Assembly (NCBI RefSeq): GCF_964204645.1
Contig: NC_134029.1
Location: 18,966,950 to 19,030,949 of the forward strand
Source: Tubulanus polymorphus
Taxonomy: Eukaryota > Animalia > Nemertea
Direction: 5' to 3'
DNA length: 64,000 nt
The notes under the pieces were generated by a model. It was not told the DNA's origin and searched no databases. It was given only the letters and a program-made list of their open reading frames with translations. The translations under genes were made by a program, and so were the position numbers. Within the stretch, counting starts at the first letter, position 1, and the number at the start of each line of letters is the position of its first letter. This document shows, piece after piece, positions 25,482-39,206 of this stretch.

Positions 25482-25969
25482 AGCCGCGTTCACACTAGAT
25501 TTGGCACTTACGAAGTACTGTACTTCACTGGTACCAAATTCACCAAAATACAGCGCTTACACTGCCAGTTACGTTCACACTACGAGTCGGCAATTCGGTA
25601 CTTAGTAAGCCCAGTATAATAGTCACCCGGTGTGCCAATAGAGGGGAGTGTAATTACTGTTCAGTGTATTGTCTATCAATTTTAGTCAGGAGAATAAAGT
25701 TATATTTAATCATCTTATCATATTGTACTACGCGGATGTAAATATGCGGCTAGTTAAGTCCCGAATAGATCTGCGTTCACACTACAGAAAATACAGGGCC
25801 AGCTCAGTACAGTACTGAGATCGGGTTTTCGGCGCGGAATCACCTTCACATTCCGCGCTTGATAAGCCGCGTATTTCAGTACGGAACTGAATAAGCCGCG
25901 AATAGGCCCCGAATGATTTCCTAGTGTGAACGCTTAGTACCGTACTGAAATCCTAGTGTGAACGCAGCT
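25482..25969. mobile_element. PIF/Harbinger-type MITE family C
   Basis: TIR AGCCGCGTTCACACTAG / CTAGTGTGAACGCAGCT (1 mismatch), exact TAT TSD, internal repeats of CGTTCACACTA. Confidence 0.88.
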
Positions 25970-26547
25970 TATGTTCGTTTAACGGCATCTAATGGTAACA
26001 AATTTGGACAACTTGGAACATAGAACACATCAGTGATGCAATACATGCGCCGTTCGTTGCGCTGTAGATATTTCCCATATTTATGTGGATATTAATTAAT
26101 AAAAACTATATTCAGAACCTTCATATCATTAATATACAACTGGACAAATTTAATATCGGCGGGGATGGCGGCGGCGACAAATTGAACGCCGCTTAATCAT
26201 ATATAGCTCTGTTAGACATATGAATATTTGATTGTTTGGCCTTCACGGCATTGGGTAATGGTGTAGTGGAATAAATTGAGATGATAATTAGACAAGCATT
26301 ATTGATAATACTAGCACGCTACTGCTAGGATATGCTAGTAAAAGCTTACCACTCCCGAAGAACTTGATAATTTGAAATACAGGATGCAATGAATGACAAA
26401 TTGATTAATGATGCGCAATAGCAAATCATCTATAACAAAATAATGAATATGTATTTGGTATTAAGCTCCGAATGAGGAGTTCGAATAGTGTTTTCTGAGA
26501 TGATTCAGTGTGGGTCAACACATGCGTCCATGTATACGTCAAACTGG

Positions 26548-26765
26548 TGTGGATCAGATCCGAGTCAAACTTGGCCTGCACCTAATAAGAGAGAGTGCAC
26601 CTAATGACAGAGAGTGCATTCACGCGTAAATCACTCATTTGATACTAAAATGCTATCGAACCGATGTGACAAGCGAATCAGAACTAATGAGCTTTGGCAT
26701 CAGTGTGACCAGTTGGCTTGGGCCTAATCTAGCACGGGGCCACATTGGACGAATCAAATTATTGC
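26548..26765 (-). mobile_element. MITE family A, degenerate inverted copy
   Basis: Core homology with a local 20-bp duplication CACCTAAT.A.AGAGAGTG. Confidence 0.6.
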
Positions 26766-27007
26766 CATTTGGTACTGGTTAGTATTAGGACGCTAATGAG
26801 CTATATATGAGCGAATATGCCCGTATACCACATATGCAGAAATTCCCTGGTCTCGTTTGATCAATAGTCGATGGTGTCTTTATTAATACACGTACTGGAT
26901 CAGTTTCCTCTTGATCTTTTCAGCCACACTCATTCTGTAGAATATCTTCGGATTAATGCGACGTCTTATTTATATTTGGTTCATTTCAAAGCTCTGGAGG
27001 TGCTTTT

Positions 27008-27334
27008 AGCCGCAATCACACAAGCATTTTTGGCCTGGAACAACTGTTCACACGGGTGCAAAATGGGCCCGAGCCTGTTTTGCCCGGGCCAAATCTGGCC
27101 CGACCAAAAACATCGGACCAGGCCCGAGCCAAATTTTGGCACCAGACAAATAATTACGTTTCAATTGCAACTGGCACCAGAAATGATCCACTTCGCTTTG
27201 TTTGAGCATTGTTTAGTATCGAGTGAATGGTTTGCGTGTGAACGCGCACTCTAATTAGGCACGGGCCAAATTTGTCCCGAGTCTGTTCCATGCCAATTTG
27301 GCCCGGGCCAAATCATCTCCGTGTGATCGTGGCT
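27008..27334 (+). mobile_element. MITE family A, full-length reference copy (PIF/Harbinger type)
   Basis: TIR AGCCGCAATCACAC / GTGTGATCGTGGCT; multiple GGCCCGGGCC and GCCAAATTTGGC subterminal palindromes. Confidence 0.92.
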
Positions 27335-27788
27335 TCCATTTCAGTGGCTTCGCTGTCAGAATTAGCCGTAAAACCTCCGTATGATTGGGCACTTTTCTAC
27401 ATGTGTGTTTGTACAATTATTTTCTCTGCAGTGTGAAGTTCCCTACTTGAAAGTTGATTATGCTCTGTATCTTGTGTATAACAGCGAAAACATACTCTTG
27501 CATCCATAAATTGCCGCCCCCTCAACAAAACATCTTCTTAACGACTGTTGGGGATTTTTTGCCTCAGGTCAAATTGAAAATAGACACGACTTCATAATTA
27601 AATGAGCAGATACTACGATTTACTTAGAATCTGTGCCCATTAGTTTCACAAAAAACAAACAATGATTCTTGGATGAGATGAATTGAATTTATGAAGAAAT
27701 GTTTCAATGATTTTAATTTGACTATTTTGTGAAATGTAGTTACTAGAATTTGTTTACGGTGTCCTGTGAATTGAAAATATTCTTCTAT

Positions 27789-28082
27789 AGCCGCGATCAC
27801 ATGAGATATACGTCCGACCAGAAACTTATTTTGCCCGACCAAAAACGTCAGACCAGGCCCGAGCCAAATTCTAACACGGTCAAATTATTGCAAGTGAATT
27901 GCAACTGGTTCCAGAAGTTTCCAGAAGTGACTCACTTCACGCTTTGTTTAAGCATTGTTTAGTGTCAAGCGAGTGGTTTATGTGTGAATGCGCTCTCTAA
28001 TTAGGCACGGGCGGAATTTGATTCGAGCCTGATGCGTGCCAATTTGGCCTGGGTTAATTCGTCTCTCCGTGTGATCGCGGCT
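27789..28082 (+). mobile_element. MITE family A copy with intact TSD
   Basis: Perfect TIR AGCCGCGATCACA / TGTGATCGCGGCT with TAT on both flanks. Confidence 0.92.
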
Positions 28083-28979
28083 TATCCCTTAGGAACCTGG
28101 ATTTTTTTACAACAATGCACTGAGCAAGACTGAATTAGGTTTGGGTAAAAATAAAGGCACGAGTACCTAATTACCAAGCCGTAACAACATCCTCATCTTC
28201 GAGCCTTCGTCAAGGCGATCAATTTAACAATCTATTTGTCCGTTAGAAATTTTCTCGGCACTTTTTAGCAAAATAAACAGTGTAACGTCTATTTCCTGAT
28301 TGTCAAATCGAAGAAACCCCTTCCTTGTGGCACCTTGCCAATTGAACGTAAATTTCTCGAGAATTTTTAATGGTACGCTATGAGTTTGTGTACCGAAATG
28401 ACTTCATTGGACAATCTGCCGTAATGCACCCGGATGCGTACTACTTGTCGATACTAAATTTAAAACTTTCATGGTGCTATATCAGATACTGGGCGAAACG
28501 TCACCTTAATTTGCGAGACCAGTCCTTTCGGGGTCACTTCCGTTCTCTCGCAAATTTGCGAGGGCGGGTTCCTTAGGGTTAAGTGGGGTTTGAATTTCCA
28601 CATAGCATAATCGCCAAAATGGAATATCGCCTGCAGGTTGACGAGCGACGAACTCGGCTCGTGCGAAGTTTCTTATGCTAATCAATGGAAAACGTTCTCG
28701 ATATATTCATCTGGGGAGTCGTAAACTTGTTTCAATTCGTCGGTGTTCATTCCCGAAACGATACGTCTCACCCGCCGAAACGACAACGTGAAATATGTCG
28801 AATATATCGAAGTTAATCGCAAAGTTTTCTCGTCCCCGCGAGACCTCTTCTCATGATGTATCGAAATTCATCGCGAAAACCATTAACTCGCACGTAGTTT
28901 GTGTACAAATTTTTTTTTTTTATGGTTTCAAATTTGCACTGGTTTCGGCTGCAACTTCAGAATGACGAGACCATATTTC

Positions 28980-29201
28980 CAGAGCTGCCGACTGTTCGTG
29001 ATTTTCAGTATTTGCTACTCTTTTATGATGAGAAATACTGATTCGATATGTTTGATGCATACAGAAATATGAAAGATGTCACTGAAGGTCTTACAGTTGA
29101 TTACTGGTCAATTTGAAGATTTGCTTTCATATTTCAATGAAACGTCACTGACAAAAATTCAATTTGTTACTGATAGTACATTTCAGCAGTTGACAGCCCT
29201 G
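28980..29201 (+). mobile_element. CA..TG MITE family F with 6-bp TSD
   Basis: TIR CAGAGCTGCCGACTG / CAGTTGACAGCCCTG, exact TATTTC on both flanks; second truncated copy at ~62883-63062. Confidence 0.82.
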
Positions 29202-29321
29202 TATTTCTTTTGAAAATTGCGCTTGATGAATTAGGTGAACACGATAAATTTGTCTCAGTAGAATTCCGGTAATTCGCATCCGGTAAAATTGGTTACTTCA
29301 TTAAAAACTTTCGAGCGAGGA

Positions 29322-29529
29322 ACACAGAGACAATTTGGGCGCAAATTTGACCTGGGGCCTGATCCATACCAATTTGACCCGTGCCACCACTCACTCATAC
29401 TCCACATATCTGTGACAAGTTGAGTCACTTCCCGAACCAGTTGCAATTCACGCGCAATAATTTGACCCATGCCAAAATTTGGCTTGGTCAAATTTGGCAC
29501 GACCCAACAATGCTTGCGTGATCGTGGCT
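29322..29529 (-). mobile_element. MITE family A, inverted deleted copy
   Basis: Core fragments and end GTGATCGTGGCT. Confidence 0.75.
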
Positions 29530-30148
29530 ATTGCTTCAACCAAGGAGGTGAGCTAGATTCAGGTTCATGGGTCAAAGCCTGCAACAGTCACGACTAGGAT
29601 TGCTCAATTTTTTTATTCCCGACTCAATTTCTTTATTCTCGAGGATTAGATAACTTCTCTCTTCACGCTTTTTCGGTAGATTACTCTTCTTTTGGTATTT
29701 GTTATGCTCGTCATCGTGGTTTCTTATCACTATTGTCCAGTATTTCCCTTGATCGTTGTTTTCCTGGCGACCGCCATGAATCCGCAATAAAGCGATTCCG
29801 CATAAAAAGCCTGTTGCGCCGATAAAGAAAATCGGAGTCTCGAACCGACTGAACCGAAAGGCCCAGGGGAGGAAATTATGTCGAAAGAAATTGACGAGAA
29901 GTATCAATACTTCCGCGTGGATGTCGAAATTTTCTATTTTTTCACAATATTCCCAACACTGGCAGCAGCGGGATAACGGAATGACCGAAGTTACGTAAGA
30001 AATTTAGGCTTAGTGTCATTTTCAGTTGTTATGTAAGTCCTACAAAAATATCGTCCAACGCTCGAGGAGGGGATATACGTAACAGCGAAACTCTGTTCAC
30101 GGAAGTTATAAGTAATATTACGAAGAAATCATGTCTAAAAATCTCTAT

Positions 30149-30476
30149 AAACACGAAGCTGTTAGGTTCACACGGGATTGCGCGGCCCGAAGGCTGGATG
30201 GAATCTAATTTGACGGCTCATTTTTGCGAGCGAGCGCGCAGCCTTTCATCGCGGGGCTTGAGCGGAATGCCAACAGGCGTAATCACGGCATTTTGATGTG
30301 TGAGGATCTATCATAACTTCTTTTAACAAGTAACAACGCGTGTCAAGGGCATTTCGCGACAGTATTTTTTTTTTTGGAACGTTGACAGCTCGCTTCTGTT
30401 TCGAAAGCTATGGCAACGCTACCGTGGCAATCGGGGATTCCACTTATGGCAAGTGGGGATCCAACAGGTTCTCTAG
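30149..30476 (+). mobile_element. Non-autonomous Helitron-like element
   Basis: 3' hairpin GGATTCCACTT-atggc-AAGTGGGGATCC followed 10 nt later by CTAG|T; the same end recurs at 16368-16414. 5' boundary approximate. Confidence 0.6.
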
Positions 30477-30545
30477 TAGTTGCTGGGTCTTCTGCGTCCA
30501 ATTTCTACTATATTTCAGTTAGTGAACTTTTCTATTGAATAAATA

Positions 30546-30726
30546 CAGTCAAACATCGTTACAACCAACTTCATTCAGGGCGCCAGATAATGTGTGTTTG
30601 TTATGATGGATAGTTCGTTATAACCAGTATTGTGAATTACTGAAATTGTTCTATTTGGGATGAAGTTCTTAGTTTGTAGTAATTGATATTCGTTATATCA
30701 GAGGTCTTTATAACAAGGTTCCACTG
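30546..30726. mobile_element. Tc1/mariner (pogo/Tigger-like) MITE
   Basis: TA|CAGTCAAACATCGTTA ... TAACAAGGTTCCACTG|TA, with internal CGTTATA repeats. Confidence 0.75.
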
Positions 30727-30828
30727 TAAATTTTTAATGAAAACCATAGCAATCACTTAGTAGAAAATTGAATTCGATATGTATTTGATAACGTATGGAT
30801 TTGGTAACGTATGGATTTGGGAACCTTT

Positions 30829-31130
30829 AGCCGCGATCACACGGAGACGATTATGCCCAGACCAAATTTGGCCCGTGCCTAATTAGAGAGCGCGTTCACA
30901 CGCAAACCAATCACTCGATACTAAACAATGCTCAAACAAAGCGAAGTGGATCATTTCTGGTGCCAATTGCAATTCAAACGCAATCATTTGTCTGGTGCTA
31001 AAATTTGGCTCGGGCCTGGTCCGACGTTTTTGGTCGGGCCAAATTTGGCTCGGGCCCATTTGGCACCCGTGTGAACAGTTGTTCCGGGCCAAATTTTGCC
31101 CGGGCCAAAAATGCTCGTGTGATTGCGGCT
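30829..31130 (-). mobile_element. MITE family A, near full-length inverted copy
   Basis: TIR AGCCGCGATCACAC / GTGTGATTGCGGCT; near reverse complement of 27008-27334. Confidence 0.92.
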
Positions 31131-31881
31131 TTAATATTCAGTTCGAAGTTTATTGATATAATGAACTGATTTTTGCGAGTGCCCATCTGGGGGGATGGCT
31201 GGTGTTGTGGCTCAGTACTGCTAGTCAAAAAATATTAACGACTTCCTTGAACTGGGGCAATTAGCAACATAATTTCGCAAAAGGGTGAAATCAGGAAAGC
31301 CGGATGATTTTAGCAGGATATCCGTCGGTGGTTGGCTATTAAGTCGAATATTTTCGTATGAAAAATGATAATAATGACGAATGATTGCCTTAGAAAATAA
31401 CCGTTATTTTTCGATGATGGTATCATCATTTTCGTGCGATCGGTCGTAGACATCGAATTTGTTTTCCATTCGCCGTTTGAAGACTACCTCGCGTGCGGTT
31501 TGATGCTGTATATTGCTTATCCGACTTTCGCGCTAACGTTCAAATCATGCGACCATTTTGAAGTCAACGAACGCCGAAACATATTTTTCGTAGTGAACTG
31601 CCAACATCGGAAGCGCTTCAATCTACGCAGATATCTTCGTCTTGACACTCTAATGATGAAATTCTGCCCTCGGAGTGGAGTTAAAAGCCCGGCTTCTTTT
31701 CTCGACGTCGTTTGATGATAAGTCCGTAATTTCCGGTTAAGTGTAGTTTCCTATTGCTTTACACTGCCAGTTACAGATGACGGATGTTTACCGTGGTGGG
31801 AAGCTTATGACGACGACGGCGGCGGCGGCATTGCGCAATCTCATTTTAGCCATACTAAGGCTGTGGTCGTTGGTTAACGAA

Positions 31882-32364
31882 AGCCACACGATCGCGCGTA
31901 GATGATTCGGCCCGAACCTAATTGGCACGGATCGGGGCCCCCGGGTCAAATTTGGACCCTGCCTGATAAAGGAACGCATTCACATGTAAACCACTCACTC
32001 GATACTAAATGATACTTAATAAATAAAGTGGAGTCACAAATCTTCATGGGCTTGTGGCTTTTAAAATCAGCTGTTCCCCTGATTCCCGCTAGATTTTGAT
32101 TGACAATTTCTATTCGCATACGGAGAGATAGTCTGTTCTAAAATTTAGAACACGCCTGGATCGGCCTTATTTGGTTAGTCTAAATTGATCTGTTCCTAAA
32201 ATGTAATAGACCAATTTAGAACAATTGGAACTGACTAAAGCCATGGTCACACAAGCGTTTTTGACCTGGACAAAACTTAGCCGGCGACAAAATTAGGCCC
32301 AGAACAAGCGTTCACACGGGAGCCAAAAGGTCCAAAAATGACCAAAAACGACGGACCAGGCCCG
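31882..32364. mobile_element. Two partial family A copies (31882-32059 minus, 32239-32364 plus) around a fragment of another repeat also seen at ~40300-40456
   Basis: Family A cores; AATTTAGAACACGCCT...TTGGAACT shared with ~40360-40415. Confidence 0.65.
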
Positions 32365-33120
32365 ATATTAACGTACCTCAATCATCACAGTTTAAGTCAC
32401 TTAATGTGTGATCGCTTGAATTTAGTACGTTCTAACGTAGCTGTAGATTTAGCAAAAGATAATTCTCTTATCTTTGATTGACCTTTTTATACACTGTCCG
32501 ATGAATTTTCTGGAAAAAAAAATGTTTCTATTTCTGGCGAATGTGTATAAGCAATTTTAAGCGGCTGGCCATAAAACTTCAATTCATCAACTTTCACGTC
32601 TCGGTGTGGTATAGGTGATTATTGTTTACGCCACACTTATTCCGGCCGGTGGTACTAAGTCAACCACAGCTGAGGTATAGTGATTGATCACATTAATTAT
32701 AACAGCAGACGAAAGTGGTCATATTTAGTCGGCCCCGGTGAGTAATCCGAATTCGGTCGGTTCGAGCGTTTCTTCGCATATCGAGATGTCCTTAGCGGCT
32801 CTTCGATCTACGTATCTGATTAGATTCGTTACGCGTTAAAAGTGATGATATTAAAGGAGTTATTAGTCTCGTTTGATCGCCGGCTGTATATAGGCTAATG
32901 CCCGTGAGATACGACGCTATTCTTTCTCACCAGTCTCAATGCAAAGATTAGAATCGGAAGAAAAACATGAAATCTAATGTGAAAGTTTATCGACGCCTTG
33001 AAAAATAACATATCTTACTTAATATTGTTCACAATTAATTCAATATGATTTAAATTATATGATATTAAGGATCAATAAAAAATTTGAATATATCGATAAT
33101 TTAATTGAATTGACCGACAA

Positions 33121-33362
33121 CCAGGACAAACTTTGGTTATTGGAATTAGTCGACTATAGTCGAACTAAACGAAACCGAATGTCCGTTAGTCGGAACTATG
33201 GTCCGGAAATGGTCGACCACAGGATAGAGCGCGGTTGCTGTAGTTCCGACCCATTTCTAAGATGGCCGACACTGTGAAATACGTCACAACCGCACTATAG
33301 TGCATTCGGATATTAGTTCCGACCGCTAGTCGCCTAGCTACGAAAACCGAAGTTGGCCCAGT
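33121..33362. mobile_element. Dispersed repeat family D copy
   Basis: Colinear with 40-290. Confidence 0.7.
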
Positions 33363-33830
33363 CTAGCCCCCAATGTATTGATGACATAGTGCACCTTGAC
33401 TCACACAGAGCCCCTTGAATAACGCATACCAGGTATCAATGTATATAAACATTATAGTAACGGTTTTTACGCTACCAAAAAATCTCCTCATTGACCTCTA
33501 GCCAGCAAAGTTTGATGAAAGGAAACTTTTCTTTTTATATTTTCATCATGTTAGTCTAAGGCTAGTCTTCGATTATGCAATACTCTACTGGGGTGTCCAT
33601 TTTGTTGCCCAGAATACCTCCACCTATTCCGGAATACCTCTAACTAAACCGGAATATGTTTGATCGGTTTTCTATTGGGTAAATGGAACATGCATGACTA
33701 AATTTGTGATATATGATACTAAGGATCAATAATGTTATTTTGGATTTGAATGCATCGATGATTGAATCACCAATATATCGATGACGTAGAGCACGTCAAC
33801 TCACACAGAACCACTTGTTCGTTTTATTAA

Positions 33831-34117
33831 CCCTTTCAGTGCATCTACATCGCAGTGCGGTGTATGAATCGGTGAATGAATCGGTGAATGACTAGTACAC
33901 TGCACTGCGGTGTATTGGTGTAATTAGTTTTATCTCTATTGAAAGATGGCAGCACCTGTCAAACATAGTGAAATATTAGTAACTAACGATACACCGCGCC
34001 GCGGTGTAGACGCACTATAGTGGTATTACCGTTCTTCAACACACTAGGGCGGAATTTTTCAAAATGTTCAAATTATCTCCAGCACTATTGGGTATTGATT
34101 AGTCAGCACTGAAAGGG
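33831..34117 (+). mobile_element. piggyBac-type MITE family B copy 5
   Basis: TTAA TSD on both sides, perfect 12-bp TIR, internal 12-bp duplication ATGAATCGGTGA. Confidence 0.92.
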
Positions 34118-34928
34118 TTAAGTGACTGCTTCTTTTTGTGTATTGTCGGACAAAATTATTTTTTCTATTTTGTAACATGAACTGAGATGAAACGATCAGA
34201 AATCAAAGAGAGAAGATTACTCTGATTAAAAATACCATCAAACCTGTTTTTTTTGTGTGTGGTAAAAAATACATGAAATTGGAGAAAAAACTCTATCCGA
34301 CGTATGCTGACCACTCACTCGCGAAGAAACGATGGCTAGTTTCGTTTTTTGCGCCGTTCGAAGCGCAAATTTTTGTCGAGCGTGATCGATGATGTTGCAT
34401 TAGCGAATGATGATGAAATGAACGTACGTCGGTCAGATTCTCAACGTCGACCGTAGTGAATAAATGATACCTAATGGATATTGGCAACGCGAGTGAATTC
34501 TCGGTGACCACTGGAGATTTGCCGGTATGTCCGTACGCCGTCGAAGAGAAGCACGCGCGCTTGCTGCCAGTCCATCAATACCGCATTAACCCGTCGTACC
34601 CGTCTTGAGAGTAAAATGGTTGTCCAACTTCGGCAAAGTTGCCAAAGAAAGAAATAGACATCAACATCAATGCCTATAAATTGAATCTACTTGATTTGAG
34701 TCGGAATATTGGCAATAATTACTCTGTAGTGACTTCACAGGCTTGTTCGTGGATAGTTGGCACGTCTTGATTTGTTTCTGCCAATAAATGATGGGGCTAC
34801 GGACTACAATTTTCAACAAAGATTTATCGTTTCATAATAAACGGAAAAAAATCGCCCCTGTGTTTAGAAAGTATCACAGTCATTCACTAATTGAAACATC
34901 TTAGTTCTCTGGCTTCTGTCGGAAACAT

Positions 34929-35260
34929 TCTGTCTGTGTGTCTGTCTTAACAGCTACTTAACTTTGTCAATAGTGGGTCGATCTTGATGAAACTTTTGTA
35001 CGATTTCATTATAAGGGTCTATTTATGCAATGCAAATAATGGGCCCAGTGCGCCACCTAACATGAGATCAATGCACTAAAAACTGTTTTTCAGCAACATG
35101 ACCTTGAAGATGACCTCATAACTGTGGAATGGGGTTCAAATTCAAAAAGTTTGACAAAATTTAGCTATCGGCCCTAGATACAACATATCTAAAATGCAAT
35201 GGGAACTAATGCTTGGGAGTTTGAGCCTGAGCCAGAGAACGTTGCCGCCTATGGCTAGTT
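34929..35260 (+). mobile_element. Dispersed repeat family E copy (Helitron/Helentron-like)
   Basis: Colinear with 598-941; GATCTTGATGAAACT core; ends CTAGTT. Confidence 0.6.
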
Positions 35261-36398
35261 ACAATTTATAACTATGAATTTGCTTTGTTGTGTTAAACAT
35301 TGTAAATTTGGCCACGCTGAATAGTCCCCACCATTGTGCCATTGAATCGTGGCCAGTTCTTGCCGTCATGGATAGATGGCAGCATTTATATAGGTCGGGG
35401 TTACATACTAAATCAATCCAATAAGGATTTATTGCCTTTCAAGTAACGGACTATAGTACGGAAAACTTGTTATCGTCACTTTGCAGCTATATTTTTAGTC
35501 TTGTTTGTCTGCTGCTTCAGTGACAAGCCTTCATCAATTATACAAAAGTAGAAAATTTATGTTCATATCTTGTTTCGATATGTCGTCGTCGCGTTGGTTC
35601 GTTATTATCATCCTACTTCATATACTTAGCAATATCTTGCAGCTGATATTTTCCATCACGCGACCGATGACATGTTTTTCTTATAAACCTTAATGACTGT
35701 CTCTAGTACGCTAGGATAGACAACCTTTTAGACGAGAAAACAATTATTACAGGCGTGCCCTTTACAGGTGTGACATATTGCTTATCCTATTTTTGCGACA
35801 TGATATTTACGGAAAGGATCATTCTCTGTGTGCGAGACGAATTGATCCATATTTTGGAATGGTAGTCGAGTCTACCATCGATCGTTCACTTAGTTGTGGG
35901 TTGTATTGGTCAGTAAGCGTATCTGATTTTTCAGTTCACCGTACTTGATCATACAAATTAAGCTTATTGGATTTTTGAATGTCATCGATGCATTATTTAA
36001 GGCGTTCCGTGTGCATTACGTCTTAAATATAGACTGGTGTCCGGTCAATTTAGTAATCGATATATACAAATTCAACATAACTTTTTTGACCCCTAGTACT
36101 ATGAAATTTTATATTATGTTATTCATTGTCGCCAATATTATCCAATACATGTGTTTCTGTTATTACGATCAACTGTGTTGATCCGTATAGGATGGTCCTG
36201 GGAGTAACTTTCACTTATCAGCTCTTGGTGGCATAAATTGTAACCACTGGATATACACAACTGATATTTTATCATCAGGAGGGAAATAGGTATCGGAATT
36301 GATATGGCAAGTTTTGTCCATCAGCTCTAAGCCATTTGGAAGTGCAAAATTTCAATGAATTTTTCCCCATTCTACTAATCGATGCTGGACCTTGTTTC

Positions 36399-36474
36399 AT
36401 GACATCACAGGGAAAGCCCTTCAGAAGGGCATCACTTGGAAATCTCTGTAGAAGGGCTCTCCCAGTGACATCAT
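36399..36474. repeat. Short imperfect palindrome
   Basis: ATGACATCACAGGGAAAGCCCTTC / GAAGGGCTCTCCCAGTGACATCAT. Confidence 0.6.
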
Positions 36475-38976
36475 TGTCAAGAACTGTTCTACCATTTTAC
36501 TAGTGATTCGTAGAACATGCTTACTACACAGTGCACCATGATTATTTCATCTTGATCAGCTGTTTATACGTTATTGCAAATCCAAGCACAAATCGATTTT
36601 TGTGCTCAAAACTAAAATGTACTCAGTTGATCCTACTGGACCCACGGTCCTTTATTTTTCAAGACGTCAATAAACTTTTAAGTCCATGCCTGGTAAGAAG
36701 AGCGCGTTGACCTTCAGAGTAAGCAAAGCGCTACAGATGTCTCAAAAAGTATCTAATTGTGGTTCTTAGTTAGTTGCGAGTTGGCGCTGATATGCCGCGC
36801 TCAATTGTGGCGTTGAGAGCTCTACTTTATGCACGGCGTTGATTATAAGTCTTATGACGTTGTTTAATTAATAGTCGCCATGGAAATTCGCGTTTTCACG
36901 CGATGTATTTTTCACAGCGAGGTGTCTGTCACGGCGGAGTAACCCTCGCGAAACCGGTTCGTCGTAATTGCAGCCGACAAAGATTTGCGCCCTGAAATGC
37001 GCCGGCATGCCTAGGTAATCAGTGAAATTACTTGTTAGCGAGGATTACAGTGTCTTTTGCTGAAATGCGCTCTCGTTCTCAGCTCCAGCGCACAAGCCTC
37101 GAGTTATAACTGGGCAGATGAAACAGAAAATTTGACCAAATAATATAATCTGTGAACCCGGGGTAGATAACCCAAGAATCATCTATGGATTTTTTTCGAT
37201 GGGGTTCTCGTGCCGAATAAAAAAAGGGCTATGAAAAAGGTTAAAGGAGATCGTATAAAAAGGCAATTGTCTGTCAGCCATGACAGTGGCAGATTTGGGT
37301 TCGACTACTGAGAGTATCGGAGAGTAGTTTCTACTCTTAAGAGCTCAACTACTCCCAAAAATATCGAAATAATCTTAAAATCGAAATTATTCCTAGTTCA
37401 TTTTCGGTTAAACTACATTTCTCAATGTCGAATTATTCTCGATTTTGGCGCAAACTACTACTATTAAACATATCAGGTACCCAGGTCAGCGTTATCTATG
37501 AACCCAGCTCCAGGAAACCTGGTTTTCCCTATTATCCCTGTCAGTAAACCGATTTGGACCCTCATTTTGTCAGGTATGCGTATGAACATATACTTTATTC
37601 ATTTCTTTGGTTCGAATTTCTCCATCATCCATGAATTAGCAATTTACTAATTGCATTCTATGAATTTTCTAATCTTTTAATGAGCTGACGGAGGGGTTAT
37701 CCATCCAACCCATTGCACAGTATTTTTCTACAGAATAACATTTGATAAACAGGACAAACAGAAAGTTAATCAATGTTTTCCTAGAGAATAATAAGATTTG
37801 TAACGTCATTGCGCATAGAACAGTTTTTAATACTGAAGTTTAGCTTCGACTTATTGAAATGGTTCAAAACGTTACAGTAAACAATCTTGAACGTCTCCTC
37901 CGCGATAACTGCTGAGAAATTTCTCATGAATAACCAGTGGGTGGATGCGGCGGATTTTTGATGAACGCCCTCACTTTCGTGGGTTGTGGTGCGTGGGAAA
38001 TTCTGTATCGCCGGCATCAATGAATGACGTCACCAGTACGCGAACGTCTAGTGTACTATCAACACTGAAGAGGCAATTACATTTTTCTCAGTTCTATGAG
38101 TAATCTGTAAGGATTAATTAATTTTAACTTATTTGAATTTCTAATATTCATTTCGGGCACGCCCGAGGTAATATCGATGAAAGAAACTCGTGTTTTGATG
38201 TGCGGACGATTGCCGCGCTGTACTAATTTGCATAATTGAACATCGAACGGATCAACCGGATGTCTTAAGAATATGTCGTCCAATTAAAATCTCACGATAA
38301 TTTCTGAAATTCTATGCATGGTGCACAGAAATCGTGGCACATATGAACTTCAAAGATTAATTCAAAGAGTTTGATTAATCCGATGCATTATTTGCCTAAT
38401 TTTTTTATTGGAATACCAACAATTGAGATCAAAGTTTGATCAAAATTGATCAAATGATTTTGATCAAGTTTGTCTGATGTATAAATGGCGCCATCTAACG
38501 ATGATTGGTGTGCCGATACCCCGTTGAGACATTGCACGCTGTTTGCTCGGTTTATGGACATCCAGCAAGCAGGGCTGGCATGGCCAGCTGAGGTTGCTGT
38601 GAGTTGTGCGTCGCAGCGCTTAGTGGGTGATGTGGATCAGACATATCGATGATAAGGTCATCCAATCAATTGCAGAAAATTGTTTATCATTCTTATGGCC
38701 CACGGAGCCTCTAGTTACCTCTTTAAGTTTTATCATTGAGGCCAGTATCTCTGAATTGCACTGGCATTGAAATGTGACGCTTTAAGGTCTTGAGTAGGTC
38801 TGCATGTATATATACAATATTTTCATCCCTGGATAAGCATGCTTACTAGATTATTCATGGAATGGTTGTTGGCTTACCGCTGATTGGTAAAAAACACCTG
38901 TTATCCCCATTATTAAGATGTCAGTCATGGTTTTGAACAATTGCTGTAGATTTCAAATTTTCCAACCTTGGCTAAA

Positions 38977-39206
38977 AGCTAGCTTATGTCGGGTTACGAT
39001 GCTCCTTCGGATAATGACGCAACTGGAGTTATCAGCAACTACCAGCCTACCTTATGCCACCGTGGTCAGTTTCCATCATATCCACCTGACATACACAGGC
39101 TTAGTCTGCTTTAGTTGCCCGTGTCCTACATTGGCCTTACTTATCCCACCAGTTGCAGTCGAGCAACGTAAGCCGGACTATCGTCACAGTCGGATATAAG
39201 CTAGCT
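38977..39206. mobile_element. Harbinger-type MITE
   Basis: TIR AGCTAGCTTAT / ATAAGCTAGCT with extended imperfect pairing. Confidence 0.65.

Noticed and set aside
26871-27254. Recurrent similar ORFs (GQIWPDQK.RTRPEPN) here and at 27750, 30883 and elsewhere
   Set aside because: Translations of MITE family A copies, not a protein family.
36686-36698. ATGCCTG|GTAAGA micro first exon in phase 1
   Set aside because: Only two codons, expected by chance, with no independent support.
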